Position numbers and translations under genes: made by a program
Shown here: positions 1 to 13,865 of the stretch, one piece after another
Numbering within the stretch: the first letter of the stretch is position 1
Layout of the letters: each line of letters begins with the position of its first letter
DNA from: Chara braunii
Taxonomy: Eukaryota; Plantae; Charophyceae
DNA length: 63,764 bases
Reading direction: 5' to 3'
NCBI GenBank assembly: GCA_003427395.1
Contig: BFEA01000012.1
Span: forward strand, 409,812-473,575
The notes under the pieces: model-generated
The model's input: the letters and a program-made list of their open reading frames with translations, nothing else
The model's database searches: none
What the model was told of the DNA's origin: nothing

Positions 1-48
<48 letters not shown>
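1..48. repeat. (CT)n/(CTAT)n microsatellite
   Basis: Direct reading. Similar (GA/CT)n tracts lie at about 3337-3384, 13807-13860, 15785-16184, 21928-22031 and 31315-31398, often next to N-gaps. Confidence 0.95.
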
Positions 49-49
<1 letters not shown>

Positions 50-1316
50 TTTTCCCTCCATCTCCTCATCGCTCTTTTAAACCGAGAAAAAAAAAGGGAA
101 AAAAATAAAAATAAAAAGAATAAAAGAAAAACAGAGCAAACTTACCTTCATCTGCCATTCTTGTGTGAGGAACATTCTCTGCTTTAGATTCCTCGCTGTC
201 AAGAAAAAGATAAAATAGTATAATCGTCGTCATGATAGTAGGCTTAGTGTTAGTAAAGGGCGACGTGAAAAACAGGGGCTTCCCTCGCCGGTCAGACAAG
301 AGAAGTTATGAAAATGTGTCTGGTCAGTGGGCACAGACGCAGAACACCCTCATGTCAGGTGGCCGACTGGCTTCAGCCGCCCGACAACGTGGCATTTATG
401 CTAAGGTGGCACTATGTTGAAATGTGGGTGGTGTCGATGCAATAACAGGTTATCTATAATCCATGAGAGTTCAATTGGTGAGAAATCTGTGGTTGGTGAA
501 AGCACAAGAGGTTCGTTGCCTCTAACCTTATCTACCCTCGTTATTACTTCTTACCGCGAGGTTCGCCTTGAGCGTCCTCTCTTGTGTGAGGTGTCGTGAG
601 CGCTCAACCATGAGAGACGACATACTTCCTGGGGATCAGGCTGACGGGAGACAGGCCGTGCTATCTGAAGGGCCCTGGACAAAGCACAGGTCACGGCCAA
701 AAGCCAACCCATGGGAGTAGAGCACGCATTGCTTTGCTGCATTGTCCTTTGATTGTCTTTGCTGTGCAATAGAGGGGGGTTCTGGGCAGGCCAGCCCTAT
801 TGGGATAGACAAGTACTAGACCGTCGTTAAGACACTCCGGTGCTGTACGCGAGGCTAAAAGTAGTACAGTCTGGGCTGGCCTGTTCCTGTGCCATCAGAT
901 TGCTGACAGGACTTCATTAGTGACAAAGACATTCAGGGGGAATCCAGAAGGGATGGGGGATTTTAATCGATGCTCGTTTACTGGCCAATCAATTAGTCCA
1001 TCTAACATACATCCATGCAAATAATTTCATTTTTATTTTGATTCGTTGAGATGTTACTGACTGCTAACATCTGACAGACAGCAACAACACTGATTTGCAT
1101 TTGTCTGTTTTTATTTTGCATTCTGTTTCAGAACTGGTCAAAGTGGAATAGAATTGTTTGGGAGTCTGCACATTGCTTCTGACACTGCCTGTTTCGCTTT
1201 CTGAAGACATTGGACCGATCAGATTATTTGTTTTTATTCTATTTTTGTGTCAGTCAGACGCTATGCTGTAGTAGGTCCCAGCGAGGATCCTAGTGCAGAC
1301 AGCGATCTGCTGGCTG

Positions 1317-1568
1317 ATGAGTGAATATATTAGCGATGACTGGAGTGTCGATGACCAGACGCCAGTTACCCGTAGGGCAGCACACAGAAGACCGATAACC
1401 TGCCTGGTGCTAGAGCCCGGGGAGGAAAGGAGGTTGCATAGGCTCGCAGAGGACAGAAGGAGGCAGCGTTTGCAGGGGACATTGCAGGCAGAAGCAGCAG
1501 CGGGGAGGGCACTAGCTGAAACCGCAGCAGCAGCCCATGCTAGAGCTCTAGCTGCTAGAGATGGTTAA
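1317..1568 (+). pseudogene. Possible truncated N-terminus of an LTR-retrotransposon gag-like ORF
   Basis: ORF MSEYISDDW...EERRLHRLAEDRRRQRLQGTLQAEAAAGRALAE is Ala/Arg/Glu-rich and coiled-coil-like. It ends abruptly at a compositional switch near 1563. No diagnostic motif. Confidence 0.35.
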
Positions 1569-2049
1569 TGGAAGGCCCAAAATTCAGGTTTTTTCACCGC
1601 ATCACCACAAGCAAGGTTGTCGAAAATTTTGCGAACAAACAATGCAGGCTCATAATACAAACATCAAAAAAACACACGGACAAAAAAAAACGAAGAAAAA
1701 AAACTCAAAAGCACTATATATTTATAAAACAGTATTCGGAGTAGCTTTTGGACTTCACCAAAATTTTCTCCAAATTCAGTGTTTTTGCCAAATTTTTTGT
1801 TACTAGTCCAAATACATTGAGGACCATCACCCTACCAGTATCGAGGGTAACTTGGGCCAGACAGCGGTGACAAGCACCCCCTAAAACTATCACCCCCATT
1901 CCCCCTTTTCGAAGTTTTTGGGTGGGAAGTACCGTCCCTACCCTGCCACTAACACCTCCAGCCCCCTTTTCAAAGTTTTCGGGCGGAAGGTTAATGTTTG
2001 TAGAAAGCCAGGTACGTTGTTGTCAATGTCTGCTGAAGCCTGTGGTTGC

Positions 2050-2679
2050 TGAAACCTTCCACCAACCCCCGACCCTCAACCCCTGAAATACCCCCCCCCC
2101 AACCCCCCAAACGAAACTTCTCTGTTCAAAGTTTTCTTTGTGGATTTGGGGAGACCTTGGCGAGCGCAGTCCAACCATATTTTCGAAAAAAAAAAAAAAA
2201 AAAAAAATGACCCACTTTTGGACCCAACCGGAATTCCGGTTGGACCACCAGGGGTCCAACCGGCCAGTTGCCGGCACAGCCATGCCCGAAAGCACATACA
2301 TATCACACACACACAGACACACGCACACAAAAAAAAAACATGAAAAAAACTGTGTGAGGACGCCGCCCGGCCGGGCCTGCCCTGCCGGGCTGGGCCCGAC
2401 CGGTTGGGCCCGGGGGGGCCGGCCGGGTAAACCGGGCGGGACAAAAAACCGGCCAGAATTTATTTTTTTATTTTTTTTGAAACCGGGGTCGTTCTGCGCT
2501 CAGCGAGAGGACCCTGAATCTGCAATAAAATTTTGGTTTTGGTGGGGGGTTGGGGGGTTTGGTCTTGGTGGGGGGTGCTGGGGTTGGGGGGGTGTCTGTG
2601 ATGGGGCGCAGATGCGTTTTTTTTTTGTTTTCTTTTTTTGTAAGGAGTGTGTGTGTATACAAGGGGGGGCGCGCGTGCA

Positions 2680-2716
<37 letters not shown>

Positions 2717-2730
2717 ACGGATCCCCTTAA
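2050..2730. mobile_element. GC-rich non-autonomous DNA-transposon-like segment with diverged internal inverted repeats
   Basis: About 2090-2172 (CCCCCCAACCCCCC...GAGCGCAG) is a loose reverse complement of about 2491-2560. The segment ends in CCCC|TTAA, and a similar GAGCGCAGTCC motif recurs near 3945. Confidence 0.3.
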
Positions 2731-3334
2731 CACGGCTCAGACGGCCCATGCAGGCTGTCTGAAGGGCCTTTGCAGACATGTAGCGCAGACCCCCCCCCCC
2801 AGAATCGAGGTAGGCAGTGAATTTAAAATAGAGCACGAGCTGGCTGAATATATACTCAAGATTCGAATTCAGGTCTGTGTTTCAGCAGTTATGGGTTTCT
2901 CACGTAGCTAGGCCCTGTTGGTCTCTGCACGTGAGGGCTTGGCTGCACTACTCACAAAATGTGCAAAATTTTGTGCATTTGGTGAGTAAAGGCCCTTAGG
3001 GCCACTGCACGTATTCCTAATAAAAGAAAAACGAGAAAAGAAAAGAAAAGCTAGAAAACAGAGAAATAGTGACCCATAACCGACATGCACAGACCTGAAT
3101 TCGAATCCAGACTATATATTCTCTGCCCACCCGGCCCTCAGGGAGTACAAGTTTGAAGTGTATCTCTGCATGACGTCGGGTCCTGGCTAATTTTTGTAGG
3201 GATCCTTCCGAAAAGAGGCTGGACACAACGAGGACACTTTTGTTTTCTACTTTTTAAATGCGGCGCATCACTTGTGCGTGCCTGCATGCGCGTGCGGCAC
3301 CCCGCCCATGAGATGCGCTGCAAGTATGATTCGA

Positions 3335-3384
<50 letters not shown>

Positions 3385-4124
3385 NNNNNNNNNNNNNNNN
3401 NNNCACTAAGGGGGTCCGAAATCCCCCGACAGGTAAGTGCGCTGGGGGGGCGCGGCCCCCAACCGGGTGCCCTGCCCGGCCAGGCCGCCCGGGACCTCCC
3501 CCTGGCCTCTGCCGGTCACCCGGGCAGCCCGGATCCCCACTCAGGAAAAAAAAGCAAACATTCAGGGAAATGTGGCAGTTTCACTAGGCCCCCAGACGGC
3601 CCGGCTGGGGGAAGGTCGCCTGGGTACCCTCCCGGCCCGCCCGGGCTGGGCAGTGGCCGGGTAGGGTCCCGGGCAGTCCCAGCGCATAATATTAAAAAAA
3701 AAAAAAAATCAAAAAATTTTAAAAAATCTGGGGTAAAAAAATGTTGTGTAAAATTGCAGTACAAGCAACTTTTGGCTGAGGGTCCCCTCGAAATTCCTTA
3801 TTAATTTTAAGATAAAACTAAATGAGGAGAAATGAGATAAGATATACCCTTTTAAACCCCTCTAGTCACTGCTTAGAGTAACTTTATACCCCCAAACACT
3901 CCTGGGTGACCGGAAGGTAAGGCCGGATTCTGACTGCTCAGGCCGAGCGCAGTCCTTGCCTGAAGTCAGTTTCTTTTTTTTGGAGATCCTTCCATCTTTT
4001 TTGACCCGCCTGGTTTTGCTGGGCGGTCCCCCCCGGCCCAGCTGGCCCGGGTGTGCCTGGCCAGGCGACGGCCCAGCCTAGCAGTTTCGGTGAAAAATTC
4101 GTCGAAAATGACACCACCTAAACT

Positions 4125-5270
4125 AAGGACGCAGCACAGCTTGGACTGATCAAGCCTTTGCCTATCCCTGCTGGTCCGGGACAGAGCTTGTCCATGGCCT
4201 TCATGGACACCCTCGTGACCAGCAAGAATGGCAAGAGACATTTCTGTCATAGTGGATCGTTTCTCTAAGTATGCTAGGTTAGTCGCCATGCCGGAGACCG
4301 CGAAGAGTGCACAAGTCATCAAGCTGTTCATGGATAACTGGGTACATGATTTTGGTCTACCAAGGTCCATAGTGAGTGACCATGATGTCCGCTTTACCAG
4401 CGAGCTGTGGAGGAAACGGCCACACAGATGGGTTCTCAACTGTAGATGACTTCAGGAAATCATCCTGAAGCCAACGCCCAGGACGAGCAGATGATCCACG
4501 TAGTGCAACACTTGCACCCCATTACATCAAGCCGAGCCACGATGACCGGGATGAGAAGTTACCTCTCATTGCCAGTCTATACAACAACACTGTACACAGC
4601 ACCACCGGAATGAGTCCCAATCAGCTTCATCTTGCTTGGAAGCCTCCGTCGACGCTTGACTTTTCTTCTGCCTAGCCCACAGCAGCACCCGGCAGCATTG
4701 AATTTGCTGTACAGTATGACAAGATGCTGCAGTATGACAAGATGCTGCAACAGGCTGCCAACACATTCAGAAGTCTCAGGATGCCATCATTTCATCCGAG
4801 AATAGGCACAGAAGGCCATGTAACTTTCAGGTTGGGGATAGGGTCCGCATGAAGTCATCCGAATTGGGCCAAGAACTGGGGATCTGTACAAAGTTGATGC
4901 CGCAGTATTTTCGGCATTGGGAAGTTCTTGATATTGTTGGCGATGATCCTGATGGTCCCTCGTATGTGATTCGGATCCCAGGACACCTGCGCAAACACCC
5001 TGTTTTTCATGCCTCCAAGCTTGCACCTTTCGCTGAAACTGATCAGCTTCCTTCGATACGCCCCCAACCATGGATGGACACGTGGTCATCAATCCGATTG
5101 TGCAACACCGGCCTGTACTAAAGCCTATTGGCAGAGGAACACCGCCAAAACTTCAGCGGGAGTCCCGGGTCAGATTCGGGCATCCCACCAATCCTAATGA
5201 AGAGCGATGGTTAACATGAGAAGAATTGGTGAAGACAGCGCCACAAGTAGTGTCCTTTAATGAGAAGGCA
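4125..5270 (+). pseudogene. Decayed Ty3/Gypsy (chromovirus-type) integrase with chromodomain-like tail
   Basis: Fragments across frameshifts: GLIKPLPIPAGPGQSLSMAFMD, VIVDRFSKYA, FGLPRSIVSDHDVRFTSELW, HPEANAQDE, HPVFHASKL and RVRFGHPTNPNEERWLT*EEL. Confidence 0.9.
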
Positions 5271-5336
5271 CTCCTCAAGGGAACAGCAAGGTTCGGTAGC
5301 AGCATCTCAGAGGACCTTCAAAGCTAAGGAGGAAAA

Positions 5337-6374
5337 TGAGATCACAGGGTCCTACTTGGTCAACCCCGCGTGCTGCCCGGAATACAGACTGCCTGGCAGG
5401 CCGCGGGGGCAGTTTCCTTGAGCTTGTCGGGCCTTTTCTATATCTGCACCCGCCTAAGGCTCTGTGAGCAGGACCTCACTTTCTTTTCTGCGGGCCCCGG
5501 AAGGCCGCCGAGTCGCACTGATGCCGTCGGCCAATCAGGACACAGTGGCCAGCACTCACCTCATCACACAGCCCTGGTCTCTAACTAATTCGGGGCTGGG
5601 CGCTATCTGTAGGACGCCCAGCGTTCAGATCCCGGTCAGGGACTGGAAGCTACTTGGGCCCACCAAGCTGCTGCCAGTTTCCATTTAAGAAAGAGCCGGC
5701 CTCCAGTCACAGCACCGGGCTGGCTGAAAGCGTGCAGCAGCGCTGCTTCACCGAGCGCTTACTCTTTGGATGCTGGCCAGCAGCGATGGGCGCACACGGA
5801 CGCTAAGGAGCAGCGCTGCAAGAGAGCAGCACACGAGTCAGTCATAACCGGGCTGTACTCGCAGGTGACCAGTGGAGGGTCGGACAGTGGTCCACCGGCA
5901 TGGCGGCATGCATGTGGGGAAAGACAGTCGAGGGATGAGAGGAGGAGTGAGAGAGGACATACCTCGTTCGTGTTGGAGTCTGCATGGGTGACATCTGCAC
6001 GTACATCAGTTCTGCTGCTGAAGTCTTCTGGTCGCATCATCGTAGAGATAGGGTAACATAGGTGTGCTGGATTGTAATTGGGTGTCAGGCGTCGGCCATC
6101 GGAGAGACATTGGCGAGGGGATGAGCCGACGTTGACATTTGGGTTCATTGCTTCACTCTTATTTGGTGTATATGTGGTGAAATTCTGCTTTCTGTGCAAT
6201 ACGTGACTATCTGCTTTTCAGTGTGATGATGCAATTTGGATTTCTGTCATTCGCTCTAGCTCATTTCTTGCACATACATGGCCTGATACTTGTGCCTTTT
6301 TAAGTTTTCTGGGGTCACAAGATTAGGCAGCGCAGCTCCGCCCGCGGCCAAAAGGGTCAGGCGAAGTAATTTCA
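5337..6374 (+). repeat. LTR of the decayed Gypsy element
   Basis: Starts TGAGATCAC right after a purine tract (AGGAGGAAAA, 5327-5336) that follows the integrase. Ends GTAATTTCA, a 7/9 inverted match to the start. Followed by a degenerate Met-PBS-like TGGATATGAGAG at 6380. Confidence 0.6.
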
Positions 6375-9300
6375 TTCAGTGGATATGAGAGGTGAGAGCA
6401 GCTGACAATAGAGAGTAGGTGAGAATAGAGATTGCAGTACAGCGAGAGAAGAGCAGGCCCAACAGAGAGTACAGGAATACAGAGCAGAGTACAATACAGA
6501 GAAATAGAGAGTAGAGTAGAGGGCATCGAGCAGAGACTGCAGAGTAGAGTAGAGTTGAGTTGAATTGGAACTCGAGAGCAGCATCGGCTACGGAACAGGG
6601 TCGTGACGCGCCGAGAGTGGAGTAGACAGTAGCATAAGGTGAGACGTGGCCACAGCGAGAAAATGAAGACGGATGACGAGCTACGAAGAGAAAGACGGGG
6701 ACTGGCGATCCAGGGGCTGTATTTTTTCATTTGTTTCCGGGGGGCACAGGCCTGACCACAGTACTCATCAAATTCACATGAGAAGAAAGATATGGCAGTG
6801 CATCGTCGGACCTTGTAGCTGAATTTTCCCAATTTTCGTGAGTTGTGCAGAAAGGGTCATACCTGCGGTCGTAAATCCGGACAGAAGCATCCAGCCGGGC
6901 CCTAAAAAAACAGGGCAGACGTGTCGACGGAAGTCGACAGGGGACGTTTGAAGTTAGCTGCAGATGGAATCAGAGTCACATCGATGCAGCGTAGTCTGTA
7001 ATAGAAGGTAGATAAGGCCAGGAAACTGCTTGAGCAGAGTATGCCGTGACGCCTCGGCTCATGACCCAATGTGCGGGCGTTTTGTTTTTGTTGTTTTTCC
7101 CCGCCCAATATTATGAAGGAAAGCAGCGGTGAACCATCATCATTCATAACTGACCCTGTCGGAATTGCAGCCGGATTTTGACCCGTTAGAGTCCTCGGCA
7201 GATGAGTTGTTACACCAGGAAACCTATTTTCTATTTTTTACTGTCAAAGTGATTGGTCTGCCGTCAGGTCAAAGGGTTACGGTACAGCAACATGAATACA
7301 TTTCACGACAGGAATACGTTTCGAATATTAGAGAAGAGCGGCGGGAAAGATGTGCATGGAATGCAGTGGCGAGGGAAAAGAAATGGCAATAGAATGAATC
7401 GTAAGAGTAGAACAGTCCAGGGACACAAAGGACCTTTGTCATAGATACGGGAACATTTCTTTTTTGCAAGGGGGAAAGTAACATGCGAATTAGCGGAAGG
7501 TGAAAGCCTTCCGAGCACGAGAGGAAGTTGTATGGACGCTTGTTGATTACATGGCGGGCGTGACGGTTTGTAACAATTGGAGGGCTAGAAGGAGGTGTAA
7601 CAATGTGATCGAAAAATGAAGTTAACAAACACATAGGAGGAATGCAGTACTCAGAAGAGTGTTTGTATCGAATTGGATTGGAGAAGGGAGGTATTCACAA
7701 TGTGTTCGCTTTCTTTCCCTTTACTCTGACTCTCTGCAGGTATGTTTGTATATGTATATATAAATCGTTTATATTTATAGAAGCCATTCGTTGTATAGTG
7801 GAGGCAGACACAGTGAGGTCTATGCCGCGAGTTAGCCGAGGTGGAACCGATGGTTCGGTTGTCGAGGGCAGACACAGTGGTTTTGGAAGTGAGAATACTG
7901 GGAGAAGTGAAAGTGCGGGAGGGGTGGTTCAGGAGATGGAAGTTCTATTGCTAGGTTCGTTAAAATGCAGGTGGATATCCAGGACAGTTTAGTGAGTCCA
8001 AGTGGCAGTGGAGCCGTAACCACATGGTGCAAAGCAAGATGTCAAACAGAGTTCACAACAAACGAAACACACGAGAACGAAACACACAAGATGGACATCA
8101 CACCGCGCAAATCGAGATGTTAGACAGTCCTCATACCAAACGAAAAGCACTCGCAATTAGGTGAAAACAGACTGTATGTGTCCCCTTACAAAAGTCGAAT
8201 GTGAGCACCTGGAGGGACGGAAGTTCTGAAAAGATGACTGAGACAGAAGTCAACGCGAGTAGAAGAACCGCAACCGCAAAAGATTTATGACCGCCCAGTC
8301 CCAACAAAAAGCAATGCGTAGAGCGATGCAACGATCAGAAAGCACTGGACAGTGGGACGATACGCAAGGAGAGCCTGACCAGAGATCCACGCCGACGATG
8401 ATCCACCGAATCGTGAGCTGAACAGATACCGGTACTGCTTTAATTGGTCGGATTGTTGTGTGACCCAGTTACCCGGAGGCCATGTTATTTGAGGAAGGAT
8501 ACCCGTGAATCCGCTGGAGAAGCATAGCAGGCAATTTACACACTTCTTCGAATGAAAGACAACACAAATGTCAGTTGAACATCTGAATTGATAACCAGGC
8601 GAGGAGTATACTCCCCAGGTCATGACCTTCCTATAACCGGGTGCAGCGTCCCATAGAAGACCAATTGGCTCAAAAGCCTATAACTCCTGGCCTTAAACAA
8701 AGATTCATCTGGACAATAAAGGCTAACAACTCAGATCTACTGGGCGAGATCAGGCCGAGAACTACAAAATAAGTTCTGTGTCACTGCACCCACCCCAAAC
8801 GTCAAATGACCAAACTTTTCGTTTCTTTCTTTTTTTTGTTTTTTTTCCCCGGGGAATTTGTTTAGCCACGATTTGATTCCGTTTGTAATCATTCGTTTGT
8901 TACAGTCACTGCACGCACCGCAAAAGTCAGAAGACCAATTTTTTATTTTCCTTCTTTTTTTTTCGTTTTTTCCGTGCGATATTTGTTCAGCCACCATCTG
9001 ATTTTCTTACAGCACCGCAAAGTTCGGGCGCCTGGAACGCACGCCAGAGAAAACAACCCAAGCAAGAAAAAAGCAGCTCCCTCCAGGCGGGCCAGGGAAA
9101 GACCCGAATACATTTAACCCAACCAAGTTTATCTCCCGTCGGGACAACCAGACCGGAGACGACAGTTTCCGTGGCAGGCAGACGAGCCGCGGAAACTGCC
9201 GGGAATTGGACCCCAGGCAAAACAACCCAAGCAAGAAAAAGGACAGCAACATGCCGGCGGGCGAGAAGAACAGACACACCACAACCGAACAGCCCCGAAT

Positions 9301-10399
9301 GTAACTGGCCCACACAGCGTCCAAATGCACGCACACTGGTAGGCAGAGAAGTGAGACCTCAACGCAAGACGGGCAGGATAAGAAGGGCCAATGCAAGCCC
9401 TTCCCAATATCAACATCATGACTCCGGCCTCCGAAAACACCGGACAACACAAAGCCTGACAGCGTGACAATTCAGCGGCAAAGAAGAAAACGGAGTAAAA
9501 AATGACTGCGTCACACCGCACTAAACAACCAAAGTGCACACCTTCGGCAGGAACGCGAGCAGGTAGAGCATCCCGAGCACCCCTGCAAGCAATTTTTCCC
9601 CCAAGCTCCCGACGCCCAACCGGGAGCAGACAGCACGCCAGGACGAAGAAAAAGTGGCCCACCAGAAAACACGTCAGATGCACCCGCGCCCAAAACCAGA
9701 CTAAATCCAGCCAAAACGAAAGCACCTATCGGGCCGGGTTATTTAACGACGGGCCGGACATTTTTTTTTAAGGTCATCATCACATTTCTTACGCGACAGT
9801 CACCGCAGGCACCGCAAACTTCCGGAATTCGACACGAGCCCAACCAACGAAGAGGACAGTAACCCGGCACCGGCACGGAGGCCGACCATGGCAACGAAGA
9901 CACACCTTCACCAGGAAAGCGACCAGGTAAAACCGGCGGACCACCCGTCGACCTTTGCGACTTTTTTTTTTCCCCAGGTATCCACGCTCGAGCGAGGGCA
10001 GACACCGCATCAGAACAAAGGAAAGCGGGCGCAGCAGAAAAGGCATCAGATGGACCGGGGCCAAAAGAGCATCCGGCCTCATATCCTGACCACATCAATC
10101 AAAAAAGCTACCCAGACACCTCCCCCCGCTCCCCCTCCCAAGAACGCACATGCCCCAGCCAGTCGGGAAATGCATGCACCTGCAACGCCACTAGACTGCG
10201 CATCTTCCCGACCAAGACGACCAGGTAAAACTGGCCGATGACAGATGCACCCGGGCCGAAATGCATGCACCTGCAACGCCGCGAGACTACACACCTTCCC
10301 CAGGAAGACGACCAGGTAAAAAACTCCAGGACCACCTGTGAACTTTAGCGACTTTTTTTTCCCTCAGGGATCCCACCACAACCGACGCCATATACGGCG

Positions 10400-12025
10400 C
10401 CATGACAAAGGAAAGAGGGCCAGCAGAAAATACGTCAGATGCACCCGGCCCCAAAAGCACAGCAGATGCGGGCCAACCGAACGACCCACAGGGGCGGCTG
10501 AATCTAGACAACAACACCCCCACACCAACGGGCCCGTATCGAAACACAAATCGCAGAGGACGCCGAACTCGCCATTCTGAACCCTAAACGAATGCGGGCC
10601 TGAAACCTGACCAGATGCAGGCCGAATGTAGACAAAGAACCCCCAACCCCCCCGCCCTCCCAACTGGTAAGCGCAGACGACGCCGAACTTCGCCCAAGAG
10701 CATGGCGACGCCGAACTTCGCCCAAGAGCATGGCGACGCCGAACTTCGCCCAAGAGCATCGCGCCTCATATCGAGACCAAATCCAGGGCCGGCCGAATTG
10801 GGACAAAGAACACCGCCACATCAACGGGCCCGCATCGGAGCACTAACCGCAGACGACGCCGAACCTCGCCCAAGAGCATCGCCCCTACCGCGCCGTGACA
10901 AAGAAAAGCGGCCCAGCAGATAACAAGGCAGATGCACCCAGGCCAAAAAGCACAGCACATTCAGGCCAACCGAACGACCCACAGGGGCGGGTGAATCTAG
11001 ACAACACACACCCCCACACCAACGGGCCCGCGTAAATAGAAACAGTAACCGCAGAGGACACTGAACTCGCCATTCCGAACCCTAAACAAACAACGAATGC
11101 GGGCCCGAAACCTGACCAGATGCAGGCCGAATGTAGACAAAGAACCCCCACCCCCCCCGAAACACTAACCGGAGAGGCCGCCGAGCTCGCCATTCAGAAC
11201 CCTAAACAAACAACGAATGCGGGCCTGAAACGTGACCAGATGCACGCCGAATGTAGACAAAGAACCCCCACCTCCCCCGTCCTCCCACCTCCCGAACACA
11301 CAAACGGCCCCGCATCCGAACGCTAAGCAAACCGCAGACGACGCCGAACCTCACGCCAGAGCATCTCGCCCCATATCGAGACCACATCCAGGGCCGGCTG
11401 AATCGGGACAAAGAACACCGCCGCATCGGAACACTAACCGCAGAGGACTTCTAACCTCGCCCAAGAGCGCCTCATGTCGAGACCACATCCAGAGCAGCAC
11501 AAACTGCAGAGGACGCCGAACGTCAGCCAAGAGCATCGCGCCTCATATCGAGACCACATCCAGAGCAACACAAACCGCAGAGGACGCCGAACGTCGGCCA
11601 AGAGCATCGCGCCTCATATCNNNNNNNNNNNNNNNNNNNNNNNNNNNNNNNNNNNNNNNNNNNNNNNNNNNNNNNNNNNNNNNNNNNNNNNNNNNNNNNN
11701 NNNNNNNNNNNNNNNNNNNNNNNNNNNNNNNNNNNNNNNNNNNNNNNNNNNNNNNNNNNNNNNNNNNNNNNNNNNNNNNNNNNNNNNNNNNNNNNNNNNN
11801 NNNNNNNNNNNNNNNGCAACACAAACCGCAGAGGACGCCGAACGTCGGCCAAGAGCATCGCGCCTCATATCGAGACCACATCCAGAGCAACACAAACCGC
11901 AGAGGACGCCAAACGTCGGCCAAGAGCATCGCGCCTCATATCAAGACCACATCCAGAGCAACACAAACCACGGAGAATGCTGAACCTTGCCCAAGAGCAT
12001 CACATCTCATATCGAGACCACATCC
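10400..12025. repeat. Complex tandem repeat array (71-bp and 28-bp units within larger duplicated blocks)
   Basis: 71-bp unit GAGACCACATCCAGAGCAACACAAACCGCAGAGGACGCCGAACGTCGGCCAAGAGCATCGCGCCTCATATC at 11479, 11550 and onward across an N-gap. 28-bp unit at 10679, 10707 and 10735. Confidence 0.9.
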
Positions 12026-12699
12026 ATCCAAAAAAACACAACGCCGCTACAATGCACAAACACCACACACCCCAAATCACGGCGAAATCGCTAGATAGCG
12101 GAGAAATCAACGACGGCAACGCAATACAAACACGAGCAAAGAGCAAAGAGGGCACACACGTGTCGACACAACAGCACCCCGAAAAGCCGACGTGCCGCAA
12201 AAGTAGAGCTCGCAAAACCGCTAAGAAATCAGTTCTGCGGCAACAGCAGCCGCAAAGATCAAGATCCTATGGCCCAATGTTCCTGAAAAGAACCGGCTCA
12301 GTGCGCAGCGTCACGGGAGGGCGACTAAGCTTTAGGAGTATGGGTTGATTTCAGAGAACAATTGCCACGGTTCAAGGTCAGCCCCTTCAATAGCAGAAAT
12401 AAACTTACCGTTGTCCAGATCACCACAGAAGGAGAGTGAAAAAACATTGCATGGCTATTACCAGACCGCGCACAGTTAGTTAGACAAGGAGCTCTAGGGC
12501 GCTCCCGCCCGCCCAGATCTAGATCCAAAGTCCAACAAACCAAGATAAGGAAGAAATCATCTGGCAGCGTACATGTGGCATACTACACACCACACGGGCC
12601 CTGCAGGGCCCGACCAGGCAAAAGTAAGGGCCCTCCAGGCCCTGTGTCGTTTCAGCCAAAAGCCTAAAAACGAGGGCCAATTTTAGGCCCTCATAAAGT

Positions 12700-13806
12700 C
12701 AACCTTTCTGTAATGACCCGCCAAAACACAGACTGAGAACACTGCTGATTTCTGGGATTTGGCGCTGGAATGAATGCCTTGATGAGATTTCCGCATTCTG
12801 CTGTGGTTTCCAAGTCTGCGTGCGTATGCGTGCCTGCTGGTTTGCGTGCCTGTGTGAGTGCTTGTCGGCTGAGTGTGTGTGTGTTACATGCTGCGCCTGC
12901 ACACAAGGGCCATTTTCCAGGCCCTGCGTCCCTCAGGCTGAAAGCCTGAAAACCAGGGCCTACAGGCCCCGTGTCTGTTCAGCTTGAAAGCCTGAAAAAC
13001 AGGGGCCTACAGACCCTGTGTCGTTTCAGACTAAGAATGGCAGTAGCCTTTTTCGCCTGAAACGAAGGGCCATTTTCGGTCTGTCATCAGACCGACCTGC
13101 CCTGGAACTCAGGCACTGAACCAGGGTTTTAGGGACAGGCTATTTTTGGGCTGTTCCCACAACAGCTGCAGCGCCAGCCCCTGGCTCGGTTGGGCATTGG
13201 CAAGAGCAGCCTCCTGGACTGCCCGCCCTGCAACTGCAGGCAGTCGGAGGCAGTCAGGAGACAGGCCGAGGAAGTACATAGGGACTTCCCATGCACTTCA
13301 CGGGGAGGCAGGAGGCAGTCAGTAGTCTTCGGAATTCGGCAGCAGCACTCTGGAGGAGCGCTGCAGTAGTAGTAGTAGCGTCAGCCTTAGTCTTCAGCGA
13401 TGGGCGCTAGTAGCGTTAGTAGTAGTCTTCAGCGCTGGGCGTCATAGCTAGAGTAGCACTAGAGAGAGAGATTGGGCGNNNNNNNNNNNNNNNNNNNNNN
13501 NNNNNNNNNNNNNNNNNNNNNNNNNNNNNNNNNNNNNNNNNNNNNNNNNNNNNNNNNNNNNNNNNNNNNNNNNNNNNNNNNNNNNNNNNNNNNNNNNNNN
13601 NNNNNNNNNNNNNNNNNNNNNNNNNNNNNNNNNNNNNNNNNNNNNNNNNNNNNNNNNNNNNNNNNNNNNNNNNNNNNNNNNNNNNNNNNNNNNNNNNNNN
13701 NNNNNNNNNNNNNNNNNNNNNNNNNNNNNNNNNNNNNNNNNNNNNNNNNNNNNNNNNNNNNNNNNNNNNNNNNNNNNNNNNNNNNNNNNNNNNNNNNNNN
13801 NNNNNN

Positions 13807-13865
<59 letters not shown>

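Noticed and set aside
6900-8700. Coding relic
   Set aside because: No recognisable motif in any frame; left unannotated.
10679-12025. CRISPR-like array
   Set aside because: Units are contiguous repeats without unique spacers, there are no cas genes, and the context is eukaryotic.
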